From positions 91,140,001 through 91,204,000 of the forward strand of contig NC_042998.1 in the NCBI RefSeq assembly GCF_006345805.1: a stretch of DNA of 64,000 bases, read 5' to 3'. This document shows positions 1-11,800 of this stretch, piece by piece; positions within the stretch are counted from its first letter, which is position 1; each line of letters starts with the position of its first letter. A program made the translations under genes and the position numbers. Source of the DNA: Octopus sinensis (taxonomy: Eukaryota). A model generated the notes under the pieces. The model saw nothing but the letters and a program-made list of their open reading frames with translations. It did not search any database and had not been told where the DNA came from.

Positions 1-765
1 TAGAATAAGAATAGCATGGGCAAAGTTCAGAGTGCTCTTACCTCTGCTGGTGACAAAGGGCCTCTCACTCAGAGTAAAAGGTAGACTGTATGACATGTGT
101 GCAAACAGCCATGCTACATGGCAGTGAAACATTGGCCATGACCGCTGAGGACATGCATAAGCTTGAAAGAAATGAAGCTAATATACTCTGCTTGATGTGT
201 AATGACAGAGTATAAGTGCCCTGATAGAAAAGTTGGACATAAGAAGCATCAGATGTGGTGCGCAAGAGAGACAACTGCACTGTATGGTTATGTGTTGCAT
301 ATGGATGTGGACAGCTGTGTGAAAAAATGTCACACCCTAGCAGTAGAGGGAACCTGTGGAAACCTGGGATGAGGTGGTGAATCACAACCTTTGAATGCTG
401 GGCTTCATGGAGGCGATGACGAGTGATTAAAACCTTTGGAGATATGCTATGCATGAGAAGACCTGGCAAGGCAAGTGAGACTGTAATTGTGGCCTATGCC
501 AGTGCAGCATAACCAGCCCGTTTGAGAGTACCCTTCAATCATTGGGCAATAAACTGTGCTTGTGAAGACCTGTTGAGTCAAGTGAAGTCATTGTCATGGT
601 TGTTGCCAGTGCTGCCTGACTGGCTCCCATGCTGATGGCATGTAAAAAGCACCATTCAAGCATGGCCCTCATGCTGGTGGCACATAAAAAGTACCCACTA
701 TACTCTTGGAGTGGTTGGCATTAGGAAGGGCATCCAGCTGTAGAAACTTTGCCAGTTCAACTGTC
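1..765 (+). mobile_element. Decayed 3' end of an RTE-clade LINE (RT C-terminus plus 3' UTR)
   Basis: From base 2 it translates RIRIAWAKFRVLLPLLVTKGLSLRVKGRLYD, matching the copy at about 2485-2570. It is followed by the shared UTR motif GAGTGGTTGGCATTAGGAAGGGCATCCAGCTGTAGAAAC. CpGs are converted to TG/CA. Confidence 0.85.
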
Positions 766-969
766 CAACCTGTGCAAGAGAAATAGTATTCTTAAGATTA
801 TAAACCTGGAAAAATTACAGGACAAGTTATTACACTTGGAAAAGCTCAGGACAACTTATTACATCTGATAAAGTACAGAACAAGAAAATTTCTACTTAAA
901 ATATTGCAGCTAAGGATAAAATTTGAATATTAAAACTTATTTGATTTTAATTTACACAGTAACATTTTA

Positions 970-1309
970 GTTAAAAAATATAACATTCATATAGTTTGGG
1001 AGTGGGACCAGTGAAACTTGAAAATATTTGGGTCTCAATGTAGCCAACGAACAGGTTTGCATAGTTGAGGTCCATTCTCGTTCCCATGGCCACTTCTGAG
1101 AGGTGCTGGTAAAAATCAACCATGAACGAGAGGTAGTTGAGTGAGAGGACAAGTTCAGCCAGACAAACGAGTGTGGATGTGTCAGGTTGGGGGTTGGGTC
1201 AAAGGTCAAGGAAATGATGGAGTGCATGCAGCCCCACATGATGAGGGATCACCGTGTAAAGGCTCTGGATGTTGAGAGTGAAGAGAAGTTTAGAGGGGCC
1301 AGGAGGGAA
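970..1309 (-). mobile_element. Penelope-like element reverse transcriptase fragment (pseudogenised)
   Basis: Manual translation: LLFTLNIQSLYTVIPHHVGLHALHHFLDL*PNPQPDTSTLVCLAELVLSLNYLSF...EVAMGTRMDLNYANLFVGYIETQIF...CYIF*. This matches PLE RT motifs (DVxSLYTxIP; GVAMGTxMGPxYANLF). It has one internal stop and the YIDD motif is destroyed. Confidence 0.85.
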
Positions 1310-1340
1310 ACGTATATATATATATATGTGTGTGTGTGTG

Positions 1341-1490
1341 GAGGTGCAATGGCCCAGTGGTTAGGGCAGCGGACTTGTGGTTTCGATTCCCAGACTGGGC
1401 ATTGTGAGTGTTTATTGAGCAAAAACACCTAAAGCTCCACGAGGCTCTGGCAGGGAGTGGTGGCGATCCCTGCTGTACTCTTTCTTCTGT
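1341..1490 (+). mobile_element. tRNA-headed SINE
   Basis: A-box-like TGGCCCAGTGGTTAGG and B-box-like GGTTTCGATTCCC. Related copies lie at about 33150-33240, 37840-38050, 39760-40020 and 63110-63400. Confidence 0.7.
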
Positions 1491-1635
1491 TAGCGGCATC
1501 ATTTGAAGGCTAAAACAATGCGAAGCGCATTGTGACCAGCGATGTCTAGCAACATCTAATAGCCTGGTCAGTCACATGATCACGTGATATATATATATAT
1601 ATATATATACATATACATAATATATACATATCACA

Positions 1636-3364
1636 GAGAGGGTCATAGCCCATCTCATTAGGGAGAGAGTTTGCTTAGATGAGATGCAGTTCGGTTTTGT
1701 GCCGGGTAGAAGCACCACTGATGCCATATTCCTGGTTCGACAACTGCAGGAGAAATACATAGCTTTCGTGGACTTGGAGAAAGCCTTTGACAGGGTCCCC
1801 CGATCCCTTATCTGGTGGGTGATGCGGAAACTGGAAATTGATGAATGGCTAATAAGGGCTGTACAGGCCCTATACAGAGGCTGTCAGCAAGGTTAGGATT
1901 AGCAATGAGTATAGTGAAAAATTTCCTGGTAGGAAGTAGGGGTCCACCAAGGTTCAGCCCTCAGTCCCCTTTTATTCATCATAGTCCTCCAGGCAATAAC
2001 AGGAATTCAAGATGGGTTGCCCCTGGGAGCTCCTCTATGCTGATAACCTGGCCCTCATAGCAGAATCACTACTGGAACTAGAAAAGAAATTTTGGGTGTG
2101 GAAGCAAGGTTTAGAATCAACGGGCCTTAGAGTAAATGTAGCAAAGACCAAAGTTATAGTAAGCAGAAAGGCGAACTCATGACACACACCCTCAGGCAGG
2201 TGGCCCTACTCGATCTGTAGGAAAGGTGTAGGTAGAAACTCCATAAGATGTACCCAGTGTAAGCTATGGATGCATAAGAGGTGCAGCACCATCAAAAGAA
2301 AATTAACTGATAAGATAGCTTTCATGTGCGGCAGATGCACAGGGGCAATAGACACCACAGATACTCAGAAAACAGATTCCATCACACTCCAGGGGGAGAA
2401 ACTAGAAGTAGTTGATAGTTTCTTCTACCTAGGTGACCAAGTTAGTAGTGGGGGTGGATGCTCAAAGAGTGTCACCACTGGAATACGAATAGCCTGGGCA
2501 AAGTTTAGAAAGCTCCTACCCCTACTGGTGACAAAGGGTCTCTCGCTCAGAGTGAAAGGTAGATTGTATGATGCATGTGTGCGAACCGCCATGCTTCACG
2601 GTAGTGAAACATGGGCTGTGACTGCAGGACATGCGTAGACTTGAAAGAAATGAAGCTAGCATGATCCGCTGGATGTGTATTGTCAGTGTGCACACACGAC
2701 AGAGTGTAAGCGCCCTGAGAGAAATGCTGAACATAAGAAGCATCAGATGTGGTGTGCAAGAGAGACGTTTGCGCTGGTATGGACATGTACTATGGATGGA
2801 TAAGGAGAGATGTGTGAGGAAGTGCCACTCCCAAACAGTTGACGGTATCAGGGGGAGAGGTAGACCCAGGAAGACATGGGATGAGGTAGTCAAGCATGAC
2901 CTTTGAACATTGGGCCTCATAGAGGCAATGATGAAAGACCAAGATCTCTGGAGATATGCTGTGACTGCAAAGACCCGGGCTGCTTCCTGCACCAGTTTCA
3001 CATAGCCCCTGCCCATCCAAAGTACCTTGGATTGCAGAACGACCCGCTGTGCTTACCTTGAATCATAGGGTGACCTGCTGTGCTTGAGGAGAACTATTGT
3101 GTCAAGTACATCAATATCAAAATAAATATCAAATGGAAATAGTAGTTGTGATACCTGTGCCGGTGGCACGTAAAAAGCAACCACTACACTCACGGAGTGG
3201 TTGGCGTTACGAAGGGCATCCAGCTGTAGAAACACTGCCAGATCAGACGGGAGCCTGGTGCAGATCAGACGGGAGCCTGGTGCAGCCTCCTGGCTTCCCA
3301 GACCCCAGTCGAACCATCCAACCAGTGCTAGCACGGAAAATGGACGTTAAACGATGATGATGAT
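1636..3364 (+). mobile_element. 5'-truncated RTE-clade LINE: RT domain, 3' UTR and (GAT)n tail
   Basis: Frameshifted RT segments QFGFVPGRSTTDAIFLVRQLQEKY, AFVDLEKAFDRVPR, LEVVDSFFYLGD and LRWYGHVL...RGRGRPRKTW. It ends in GGACGTTAAACGATGATGATG and is preceded and followed by (TA)n. Confidence 0.92.
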
Positions 3365-3424
3365 ATACACACAAACATATATATATATATATACACACAC
3401 ACATACATATATACATCATTTGAG

Positions 3425-3643
3425 CATGGCCATTGCCAGTACTGCCTGACTGGCCTTCATGCCGGCGGCATGTAAAAGCACCCACTACACTTTCTGAGTG
3501 GTTGGCATTAGGAAGGGCATCCAGCTGTAGAAACTCTGCCAGATCAGATTGGAGCCTGGTGCAGCCATCTGGTTCACCAGTCCTCAGTCAAATCGTCCAA
3601 CCCATGCCAGCATGGAAAGCAGACGTTAAACGATGATGATGAT
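3425..3643 (+). mobile_element. RTE 3'-UTR-only copy with (GAT)n tail
   Basis: Same UTR and tail as the 3170-3364 segment. Further tail copies lie near 6180-6415, 8020-8160 (-), 12860-13040 (-), 13970-14230 and 20230-20520 (-). Confidence 0.8.
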
Positions 3644-3883
3644 ACATGTGTGTGTGTATACACGCAATATGTTTCTTCAGTTTCCATCTACCAAATCCAC
3701 TTAAAATCCCTTGTAGACCCAGGGCTCTAGTAAAGACACTTCCCCAGGATGCTGAGCAGTGTGACTGAACCCAAGGCTACTTAACCACACAGTCACAGCT
3801 GTGCTTAATAATGGTGATATCTTCAAACTCATTCCCAGACTTGGCTCTAAAAAAACAATATTTTTGTATGTGATGTCCTATTA

Positions 3884-4085
3884 CAGTAATCCCTTGACTA
3901 TCATGAGTGTTACATTTCAAAACCTCGCACAGAAATAATTAAAATCTAAAAAAATATAAATGCCTATTGGCCGCAGATCCCCATATGTACAGAGTCCACA
4001 ATATAGATTTACATATATTAGTCAGAAAAATCCGTGATGTACTGTTTCTGCGATAGGTGAACCACAATATGGTGAGAGATTACTG
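3884..4085. mobile_element. Tc1/pogo(Tigger)-type MITE, CpG-decayed copy
   Basis: TA|CAGTAATCCCTTG ... GAGAGATTACTG|TA termini with a TA target duplication. Same family as 35604-35793. Confidence 0.85.
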
Positions 4086-4524
4086 TACTTCATAAACCTA
4101 GTGACTCGTAAAGAGTTAGAAAGGATGTTTCAATTGAGCATATATGACCCAGGTGAACTTAGCAACATTCTTTTGCTCAGTTTTATTCTTTCCTCTTCTT
4201 TCTCCACCTTTATCACCTTCCCTATTTTCTTATCTCACTTTTCTCATAACTTTGTTGTTATAGTCTGCTGTATGACATCTTGTGTGCATGTGGCTAGATA
4301 GATGTGTGAAAATCCATTGAATAGGCTGTACCTGTAATTCAAAAAACTAGCTATGTTACACTCTATGCCATGCTGATTCTATCTGAGAATTATATTAGTA
4401 CAAGTGTCTATGGAATATCCTTACATTGTAATTCAGTGGATTAGCAGTTTTGTTCAATCAGTAGCTGGAATGCTCTTATAAAAACCATTGGAGACCCCTG
4501 TACTTCTTTACAATTATGTGTGTG

Positions 4525-4563
<39 letters not shown>

Positions 4564-4565
<2 letters not shown>

Positions 4566-6172
4566 CCAGCCTCATCTAGCACCTGTGTCGGTGGCACATA
4601 AAAACACCATCCGAAGACCCGGCAAGACTAGTCAGGCCATAACCCATGGCCCCTACCTGGGACATAGTCAGTCCACCTGTGCATACCTTCCTTCTTGTGA
4701 CACTTGTGAAGACCTGTTGAGGCAAGTGAAAATCAAAACAAATCAGAATAGATGAACATCAATGGAATCGGTATCTTTGTGGTACCAGTGCCGGTGGCAC
4801 ACAAGAGAACCATCCGAACGTGGCCGTAGCCAGTTCCGCATCGACCGGCCTCCGTGCTGTGGGCACGTAACAAACACCATCCGATCATGGCCGTTCGCCA
4901 GCCTCATCTGGCACCTGTGTCGGTGGCACATAAAAACACCTTCCGAAGACCCGGCAAGACTAGTCAGTCCACCTGTGCATACCTTCCTTCTTGTGACACT
5001 TGTGAAGACCTGTTGAGGCAAGTGAAAATCAAATCAAATCAAATCAAAATAGATGAACATCAATGGAATTGTATCTTTGTGGTACCAGTGCCTGTGGCAC
5101 ACAAGAAATCCATCCGAACGTGGCCGTAGTCAGTACCGCATCGACTGGCCATCGTGCTGTGGGCACATAACAAACACCATCCGATCGTGGCCGTTCGCCA
5201 GCCTCATCTAGCACCTGTGTCGGTGGCACATAAAAACACCATCCGAAGACCCGGCAAGACTAGTCAGGCCATATCCCATGGCCCCTACCTGGGACGTAGT
5301 CAGTCTACCTGTGCATACCTTCCTCCTTGTGATACTTGTGAAGGCCTGTTGAGGCAAGTGAAAATCAAAATGAAATCAAAACAAATCAAATCAAATCAAA
5401 TCAAAACAAATCAAAATAGATGAACATTAATGGAATTGTATCTTGTGTGGTACCAGTGCCGGTGGCACACAGAAAACCATCCGAACGTGGCCGTAGCCAG
5501 TACCGCACCGACTGGCCTCCGTGCTGTGGGCACGTAACAAACACCATCCGATCGTGGCCGTTCGCCAGCCTCATCTGGCACCTGTGTGTCGGTGGCACAT
5601 AAAAACACCATCCGAAGACCCGGCAAGACTAGTCAGGCCATAACCTGTGGCCCCTACCTGGGACGTAGTCAGTCCACCTGTGCATACCTTCCTTCTTGTG
5701 ACACTTGTGAAGACCTGTTGAGGCAAGTGAAAATCAAAACAAATCAAAATAGATGAACATCAATGGAATTTGTATCTTTGTGGTACCAGTGCCGGTGGCA
5801 CGTGGCACACAAGAAAACCATCCGAACGTGGCCGTAGCCAGTACCGCACCGACTGGCCTCCGTGCTGAGGGCACGTAACAAACACCATCCGATCGTGGTC
5901 GTTTGCCAGCCTCATCTGGCACCTGTGTCGGTGGCACATAAAAACACCATCCGAGCGTGGCCGTCTCCAGCCTCATCTGGCACCTGTGTCGGTGGCACAT
6001 AAAATCACCCACTACACTCTCGGAGTGGTTGGCGTTAGGAAGGGCATCCAGCTGTAGAAACACTGCCAGATCTGACTGGACTGGTGCAGCTTTCGGGCTC
6101 CCCAGACCCCAGTTGAACCGTCCAACCCATGCTAGCATGGAAAGCGGACGTTAAATGATGATGATGATGATA
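4564..6172 (+). repeat. Tandem array of four 300-370 bp units derived from an RTE 3' UTR, ending in a normal RTE tail
   Basis: The unit start (CGCCAGCCTCATCT) recurs at 4564, 4896, 5196, 5563, 5904 and partly at about 5965. Units contain a variable (AAATC)n tract. The terminal 170 bp is the standard UTR with (GAT)n. Confidence 0.9.
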
Positions 6173-6786
6173 TCATTTAGTGTCTGCTTTCCATGCCAAC
6201 AGGAGTTAGACGGTTTGACTGAAACTGGTAAGCTGGATGCCCTTATATAACACCCATACCTGTTCATGTAAAAAGCACCCAGCACACTGTATAGTGGTTG
6301 GCATTAGGAAGGACATCCAGCTGTAGAAACCAAGCCAAATTAGGCTGATACCTGGTACAGCTCTCCAGCTTGCCATCCAACCCATGTCAACATGGAAAAC
6401 GGATGTTAAATGATGGCGATATATAAACATAAAACGTCAAGGAAATATGAGAGGTGAATATATATTTAGTTAACCAATAGTTAAATGTGATAGCTATTCC
6501 TTCCATTCTAGTATGTATTGGACAGGTCATCATGGCTCAAGTCGGAGCTTGTTTGGAGTTACTGCCCTCCTGTGGATGACTAGAACATATCTCTTGTCCA
6601 TTTTCATTTGGCAAGATTTCTAAGTCTGAATGTCCTTACACCAACCACATCACAGTGTGTACTGAGTGCATTTTTATGATGCCACCACTAGAAAGTTGTC
6701 TTGACATTGACAAAACAGGATGAAAGGATCTTCTCAAATCTATGATGTCCTCGCACATCTACCAAAAATCTACAAATGTGTGTTAC

Positions 6787-6811
6787 CCATTTTACTATGG
6801 TCCATCGCCAT
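6787..6811 (-). CDS. Candidate first coding exon of a divergent gene (MAMDHSKM-G, phase-1 donor); possibly CTR/SLC31-like
   Basis: The - strand reads AATA ATG GCG ATG GAC CAT AGT AAA ATG G|GTAACA, with A at -3 and G at +4. A pyrimidine-rich acceptor (TTCCCTTTCTTTTAAAAG) ends at 6844. It is only 8 codons and no further exon was found in the window. Confidence 0.3.
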
Positions 6812-6899
6812 TATTTATATTTATTTATCTATTAATTTTGGTACTTTTAAAAGAAAGGGAATTGGAGAGGAAACTCCATGTCCAGATAAACATCTCAGA

Positions 6900-7890
6900 G
6901 TTGTTCCCCTTGTACGCTTCTCTTTTTTTTTTGGTGTTGGACGTAATCAATGTGTTGAGTTAACTCCTATTTTATAGTTGTAAAAAAAGTATAGAAATAT
7001 ATCGTTTTTTTTTTTTTGAATGCTTTGGGTTTTAAGTGTCACTCGGTTACACGTTTTGAATTATACTTCTTCAAACATCAACATGTTTTATTTCCAAATC
7101 ATTTATCAAGTATAGCAGATATTGTAGCGACAAATATCACAGGATCAGTTATTTGCTGGCCTTTGCCTCGATGCTTACTAGGTATTGCTGCTGCAACCTC
7201 TCTGCAAAGATTGACAAGTACTCGGCAGATGATCATGATAAGTTCCTGTCTGCCCTTTACTGGTTTCAGCTAAGACGTGTGGCCATGCTGTTTGGCAAGA
7301 TATTTGCCGGGGGTTCGTGTAAATATGGAACTATTCATTAATGTTGGTTATTGTCGGAATTTTTCAATGAACAATAGTTTAAAAACGAAATTATCCAATT
7401 ATGAAATACTATTATATTTGGTGGACATTTTTCTCTTGGCTTATAAATGGGAATGAGGTGTGTTTATCGTGGACAACGCAGCTTTTGATTAGGACTTCGA
7501 ATCGTGAGCCTCGTGGGTGGTTACTGGGTAGTTCAGCCGTACTCGTATTATATGTGATTTATCTCCCTTGTATTTCCAATTATAAGGGGAAACAACTCGG
7601 CCTTTTCTTTTTCTTCCAGAAATTGTTATTAACTCATTTAGTCGATTTATTCCATGTTCGATTAACTGAAATGCCTAATCACTGAATTAGCGTGTAAGTA
7701 ATTGAAAATTTCAAAAGTGGTTGTACCTTTAACGTAATCTCCAGACAAAATTGGGTAGCACGGCTGGTCTTTTGAAGTACAAATACAATCTATTTTTACA
7801 GGTTTTGCTATATAGTTTTTATCCACCTACTCATAAACAAGGTTACGCGGGGGAAGGGAATAAATAAAAGCTACTTGTCTGAGATACCGA
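6900..7890. promoter_or_regulatory. CpG-retaining island, probable bidirectional promoter
   Basis: CpGs are frequent here but nearly absent in old sequence on both sides. TATAAA at 7442-7447 (+). Splice donors face outward on both strands: + GTAAGT at 7694 and - GTAAGC at 7178. Confidence 0.6.
7620..7693 (+). other. Candidate 5' UTR exon of CutA
   Basis: Acceptor CCTTTTCTTTTTCTTCCAG ends at 7619 and donor GTAAGT starts at 7694. It contains two tiny uORFs (MFD*, MPNH*). Confidence 0.45.
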
Positions 7891-8635
7891 AGCCTGGTAT
7901 TTATTTTATCAGTCTCTGTTGCCAAACCATTAAGTTACAAGGGCACAAGCCCACCAATACTGATTGTCAAGCAGTGGTGGTGGTGGTGGGAGACAAACAC
8001 AGACACCTGTAGATCATCATCATCATTGTTTAATGTCCATTTTTCATGCATACATGGGTAGGATGGTTCACAGGAGCTAGCCAGGTAGAAAAACTACCTT
8101 GTGCTTCTGTGTCTATTTTGGCAGAGTTTTTACAGCTGGATGCCCTTCCTAACATCAACCACTCTTTCATTTTCTGTCTACTGTCAGTCAGCCTGAGACT
8201 ATAGTAGAAGACACTTGCCCAAGGTGTCATGCAGTGGAACTGAACCCAAAATCAGGTGGTAGGGAAGCAAACTTCTTTCCATACAGCCATATCTGCGCCT
8301 AAAAATATTTCTTTAAAAAATTTTATCAAAATTAAAATATAAGAAGGATATATTATCAATGAGCAGAAAAATGACTTATGGAAATAAAGATCCAATATAA
8401 TATTTCATTATATAAATCCTCACTTTCTTAAGTTATTTCTATAAAAATATAACTTAGGGAGCACTATCCCATTATCTAAAAGGAGGCATGTACTGAGTGA
8501 AAAAATATAAGAACATTTGGATAATAAACCACTACTCAAAATTAGTTTCTACTTGATTAAATTATTTATTCACTTATTTATTAAGCCTATTTTATGTGAA
8601 ATTATTGTGTTTAGCCCTCTGGAGCTGCTACAACC

Positions 8636-8666
8636 ATGTATCAAATACATTTAAACATTGTCAGAT
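8636..8666 (+). CDS. CUTA: CutA coding exon 1 (MYQIHLNIVR, phase 1)
   Basis: Acceptor TGTGTTTAG ends at 8614. The ATG is in AACCATG context and the donor GTAAGC starts at 8667. Phase-compatible with the next exon. Confidence 0.7.
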
Positions 8667-8802
8667 GTAGCAATAAGTGTTATATTTCTCTTGTATTTAA
8701 TTCTAAAATGAATTTTTCAGTTATAATATTCAGTACTAGATATTTTAAGTGGAATTTGCATATTTATACACTCATTTTCTTTGTTTCCACATTTGATTTC
8801 AG

Positions 8803-8868
8803 CCATATTTAGTACAAAAGGGATTATAAGTGTAATTTTGCTGCTAATAGTATTCCAACAACTGTCGT
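8803..8868 (+). CDS. CUTA: CutA coding exon 2 (SIFSTKGIISVILLLIVFQQLS; hydrophobic signal/anchor segment)
   Basis: Acceptor TTTGATTTCAG ends at 8802 and donor GTAAGT starts at 8869. It is a 66-nt symmetric phase-1 exon with an open frame, analogous to the N-terminal hydrophobic segment of long vertebrate CUTA. Confidence 0.75.
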
Positions 8869-11149
8869 GTAAGTGTTTTCTTATTTTATTGGGTTTCTAT
8901 AGCTTCAATACATATTAATTTGGGACAGAATTTAAAATTTCAACCTTTATAATTTTTTTTTTTTTTTCATATGAAATGTAATGTGTCTGGAATGGCACAA
9001 CAATGCAGAGTAGACTACAATAACTGTTATAAATAATTTAATTAAAAATTCCTTCTTCAGATATTGCTAGGAAGTAATGGAATCACTGTTGTAAACCGTT
9101 GGAAAACCAACTATAACAGTGACTTCCTAGTAACATTTGAAAAAGGAATTTTTATATTCTGAAAACGGCAGTGCTCCAGCATGGCTGCAGTCAAATGACT
9201 GAAACAAATAAGAGTAAAAGAATAGACTATGAATAATTAAATTATTTATAACAGTTATTATTGGCCACTCTGCATTGTTGTGCCATTCCAGACATGTTGC
9301 ATTTCACAAAAAATACAATGTTTCCAGTGAACTACTATACCCTCTTTTTTTTTTTTTTAATCTTTTACTTCTTTCAATCATTGAACTGTATCCATGCTGG
9401 GGCACTGTCTTAAAGGGTTTGATCAAACAAATTGACTCTTGTGGGATTTTTTTGTATTTTTTTTCTTTTCTTTTGGATAAATCTGGTTCTTATTCTGTTG
9501 GTCTCTTTCACTGAAATACTTTGTTACAGGGATGTAAACAAACCAACACCAGATGTCAAGTGATAGCAGAGCATACACACACACACACACACACACACAA
9601 TATACAACAGGCTTCTGCACAGTTTCTGCCTACAAAATTCACTCTCAAGGCATTAGTTAGCCCAGTGCTATATTAGATAACTTGCCCAAGGTGCCATGCA
9701 CTGGGACTGAACTTAAAACCACATGGAAATGATTTTTTTTACTTTCTACAAATGAAAGATATCAAGTGCAATGGCTATTATTTCTAATAGGTGTTAATGA
9801 AATGAGTATGTGCAATATAATACCATGGTAGGTAGAATTTCTAGTTGCTATTTCTCTTTAATTTTCTAACAAGTAATTTTTTTGATTGATTATATTTCAT
9901 CTTTAAGGCAATGTGAGCAAAATATTTTAGTGCCTACATTTTTGAAGTAAAACTGTTTTGTTTGTTTAAAATATTTTCATTTCTGTTTTAAAAAGCTAAG
10001 ACCTTAGAATGTACCTTTACCTGTTTTACTCCTGAATTTCCATACATTTTCAGAATCTAGTTTACCATTTACTACATATTCAACAAATGTTGTGAAAGGA
10101 AAAGTTTGCAAATTATTTTCATTAACTATGGGTGCAGATGTGGTTGTCTGGTTTAAAAAATTTGTTTCTCAACCACATGATTTTGTTTTCAGCCCCACTG
10201 CATGGGGAAGTGTCTTTTACAAAACAAGGCTAACCAAAGCCTTGTGAGTAAATTTGGTAGATGGAAACTGAAAGAAGCCTAACGTGTGTGTGTTTGTGAC
10301 TCCTTGTCTTGATATTGCATGATATTTATGTGTGGATTCTTATTTTGTATCATTTCCAGATATCTTGTATAGCTGTTATTAACATGTTGGAGCAAGCATA
10401 GTCAGTATTTACATGATATTACAATGCAGTATTGAAATATAGACATAACAGTACAGCTTCTCAATCTCAATCATGTGGTTTCAGGTTCAGTCCCACTGCC
10501 TGATACCTTGAGCAAATGTTTTTTTACAATAACCCCAAACTAACCAATGCCTTCTGAGTGAATTAGATAGAAACTGTACAAAGCTCATCTGTGCCTCTGT
10601 GTGTGAATGTTTATATTTCCTTAGTGTGCATGAAAAAGTTCTGAACTATGGACAGTTGTTGACATTTTTCTGTCAACAAATTGCCCACTAGCTCCTTGCA
10701 TTTGAAGTGGTGTGGAATAAGAATCCAAGGGTCAATAAACGGAAGGACATCTGATTGTAAGACAGTGCTGCAGTAATATGTATATATGTCTAACCCGTGT
10801 TAGCATAGGAAAATGTACATATAATAAACTACAATATATTAGTGTAATTTATTTTTATTTGCAAAGCTATGATTTGTATAAACAATTGTGATGTGTTACT
10901 AATACAAGAAAAGTGGAACTAATAAAGTTAGTAGTTTCAGATGTGATGCTTTACAGTTCAATACTTTGGTTGTTTTGGATCAAAATTCTTTCTGTTGCCT
11001 TCATTTCTCATGGACTTAGTGAAGTACTAATAATTTACTATACTCTGGTCAGTTCATGTAACTATGCTCTAATACAAAATTGGTCTTGCACTTGGATAAA
11101 TATCTTATATCATGGCTTGTGTTGATTCAAGTTTTATGAATGAAATTGG

Positions 11150-11800
11150 ATAGAGGGAAGCTGTGGAAGCCCATCAGTTGGATTGTACTTGTAATTCAGA
11201 GATCCAAGTTGGTAATCAATCACATCGATATTATGTTAAGAGTACATATCTGTGGAATACTTGGTTAGGTTACATATGGGAGAATGTACTATTGCTGCCT
11301 CCACCATCTGTTGGTATTTGCTTGGGTCATCCCAGGCAACCCTCTGAGCAGTCCCCATCTCTGCAAGATATCTCTTCATTTGCTGTGACCATATGGTATG
11401 TGGCCAACCAACAAGCCATCACCCCAGCAGGATCCTCAGAAGAGAACACAATGTGCAGGCTACAACTTGAAAAATTAAACAGCTTGACTATACAGTCTGA
11501 GCTGATGCTTCCAAACCATACAAGTAATAGAATGCATCTTCTAATTTCTAAGTATAATCATTGGTTGGATATAAAATCAGACCATTGGTAACCCATGGTC
11601 CTAAAAGCCCTAAATGGTGTCCAAGAATAAGATGGGGAAGACCAGAGACCTGAAGACCCAAATCTTGGCCCTCCTGCTCAGGTAATTCAATGAAGAGGTG
11701 TGGTTCAGTTGGTCAAACAACTGAATACTCACTTTTGAAACTGATGTGATGATCCTTTTTCTTTTTTTATTAAAATTCTGCTTCAAGTCCAAAGGAGTTT
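11150..11800 (-). mobile_element. Old, decayed RTE LINE 3' fragment in the CutA intron
   Basis: RRAKIWVFRSLVFPIL and ...CMVWKHQLRLY... remnants with many stops. The 142-aa + ORF at 11163 is its antisense. Confidence 0.65.

Noticed and set aside
4564-6000. Tandem array as CRISPR array or hammerhead retrozyme
   Set aside because: Units are whole 300-370 bp duplicates with no unique spacers. I found no CTGANGA/GAAA core on either strand, and the sequence is RTE UTR-derived.
7016-7341. ORFs inside the promoter island on both strands
   Set aside because: Short and unrecognisable; better explained as 5' UTR or promoter sequence.
11163-11591. 142-aa + strand ORF
   Set aside because: Antisense to a decayed RTE LINE.
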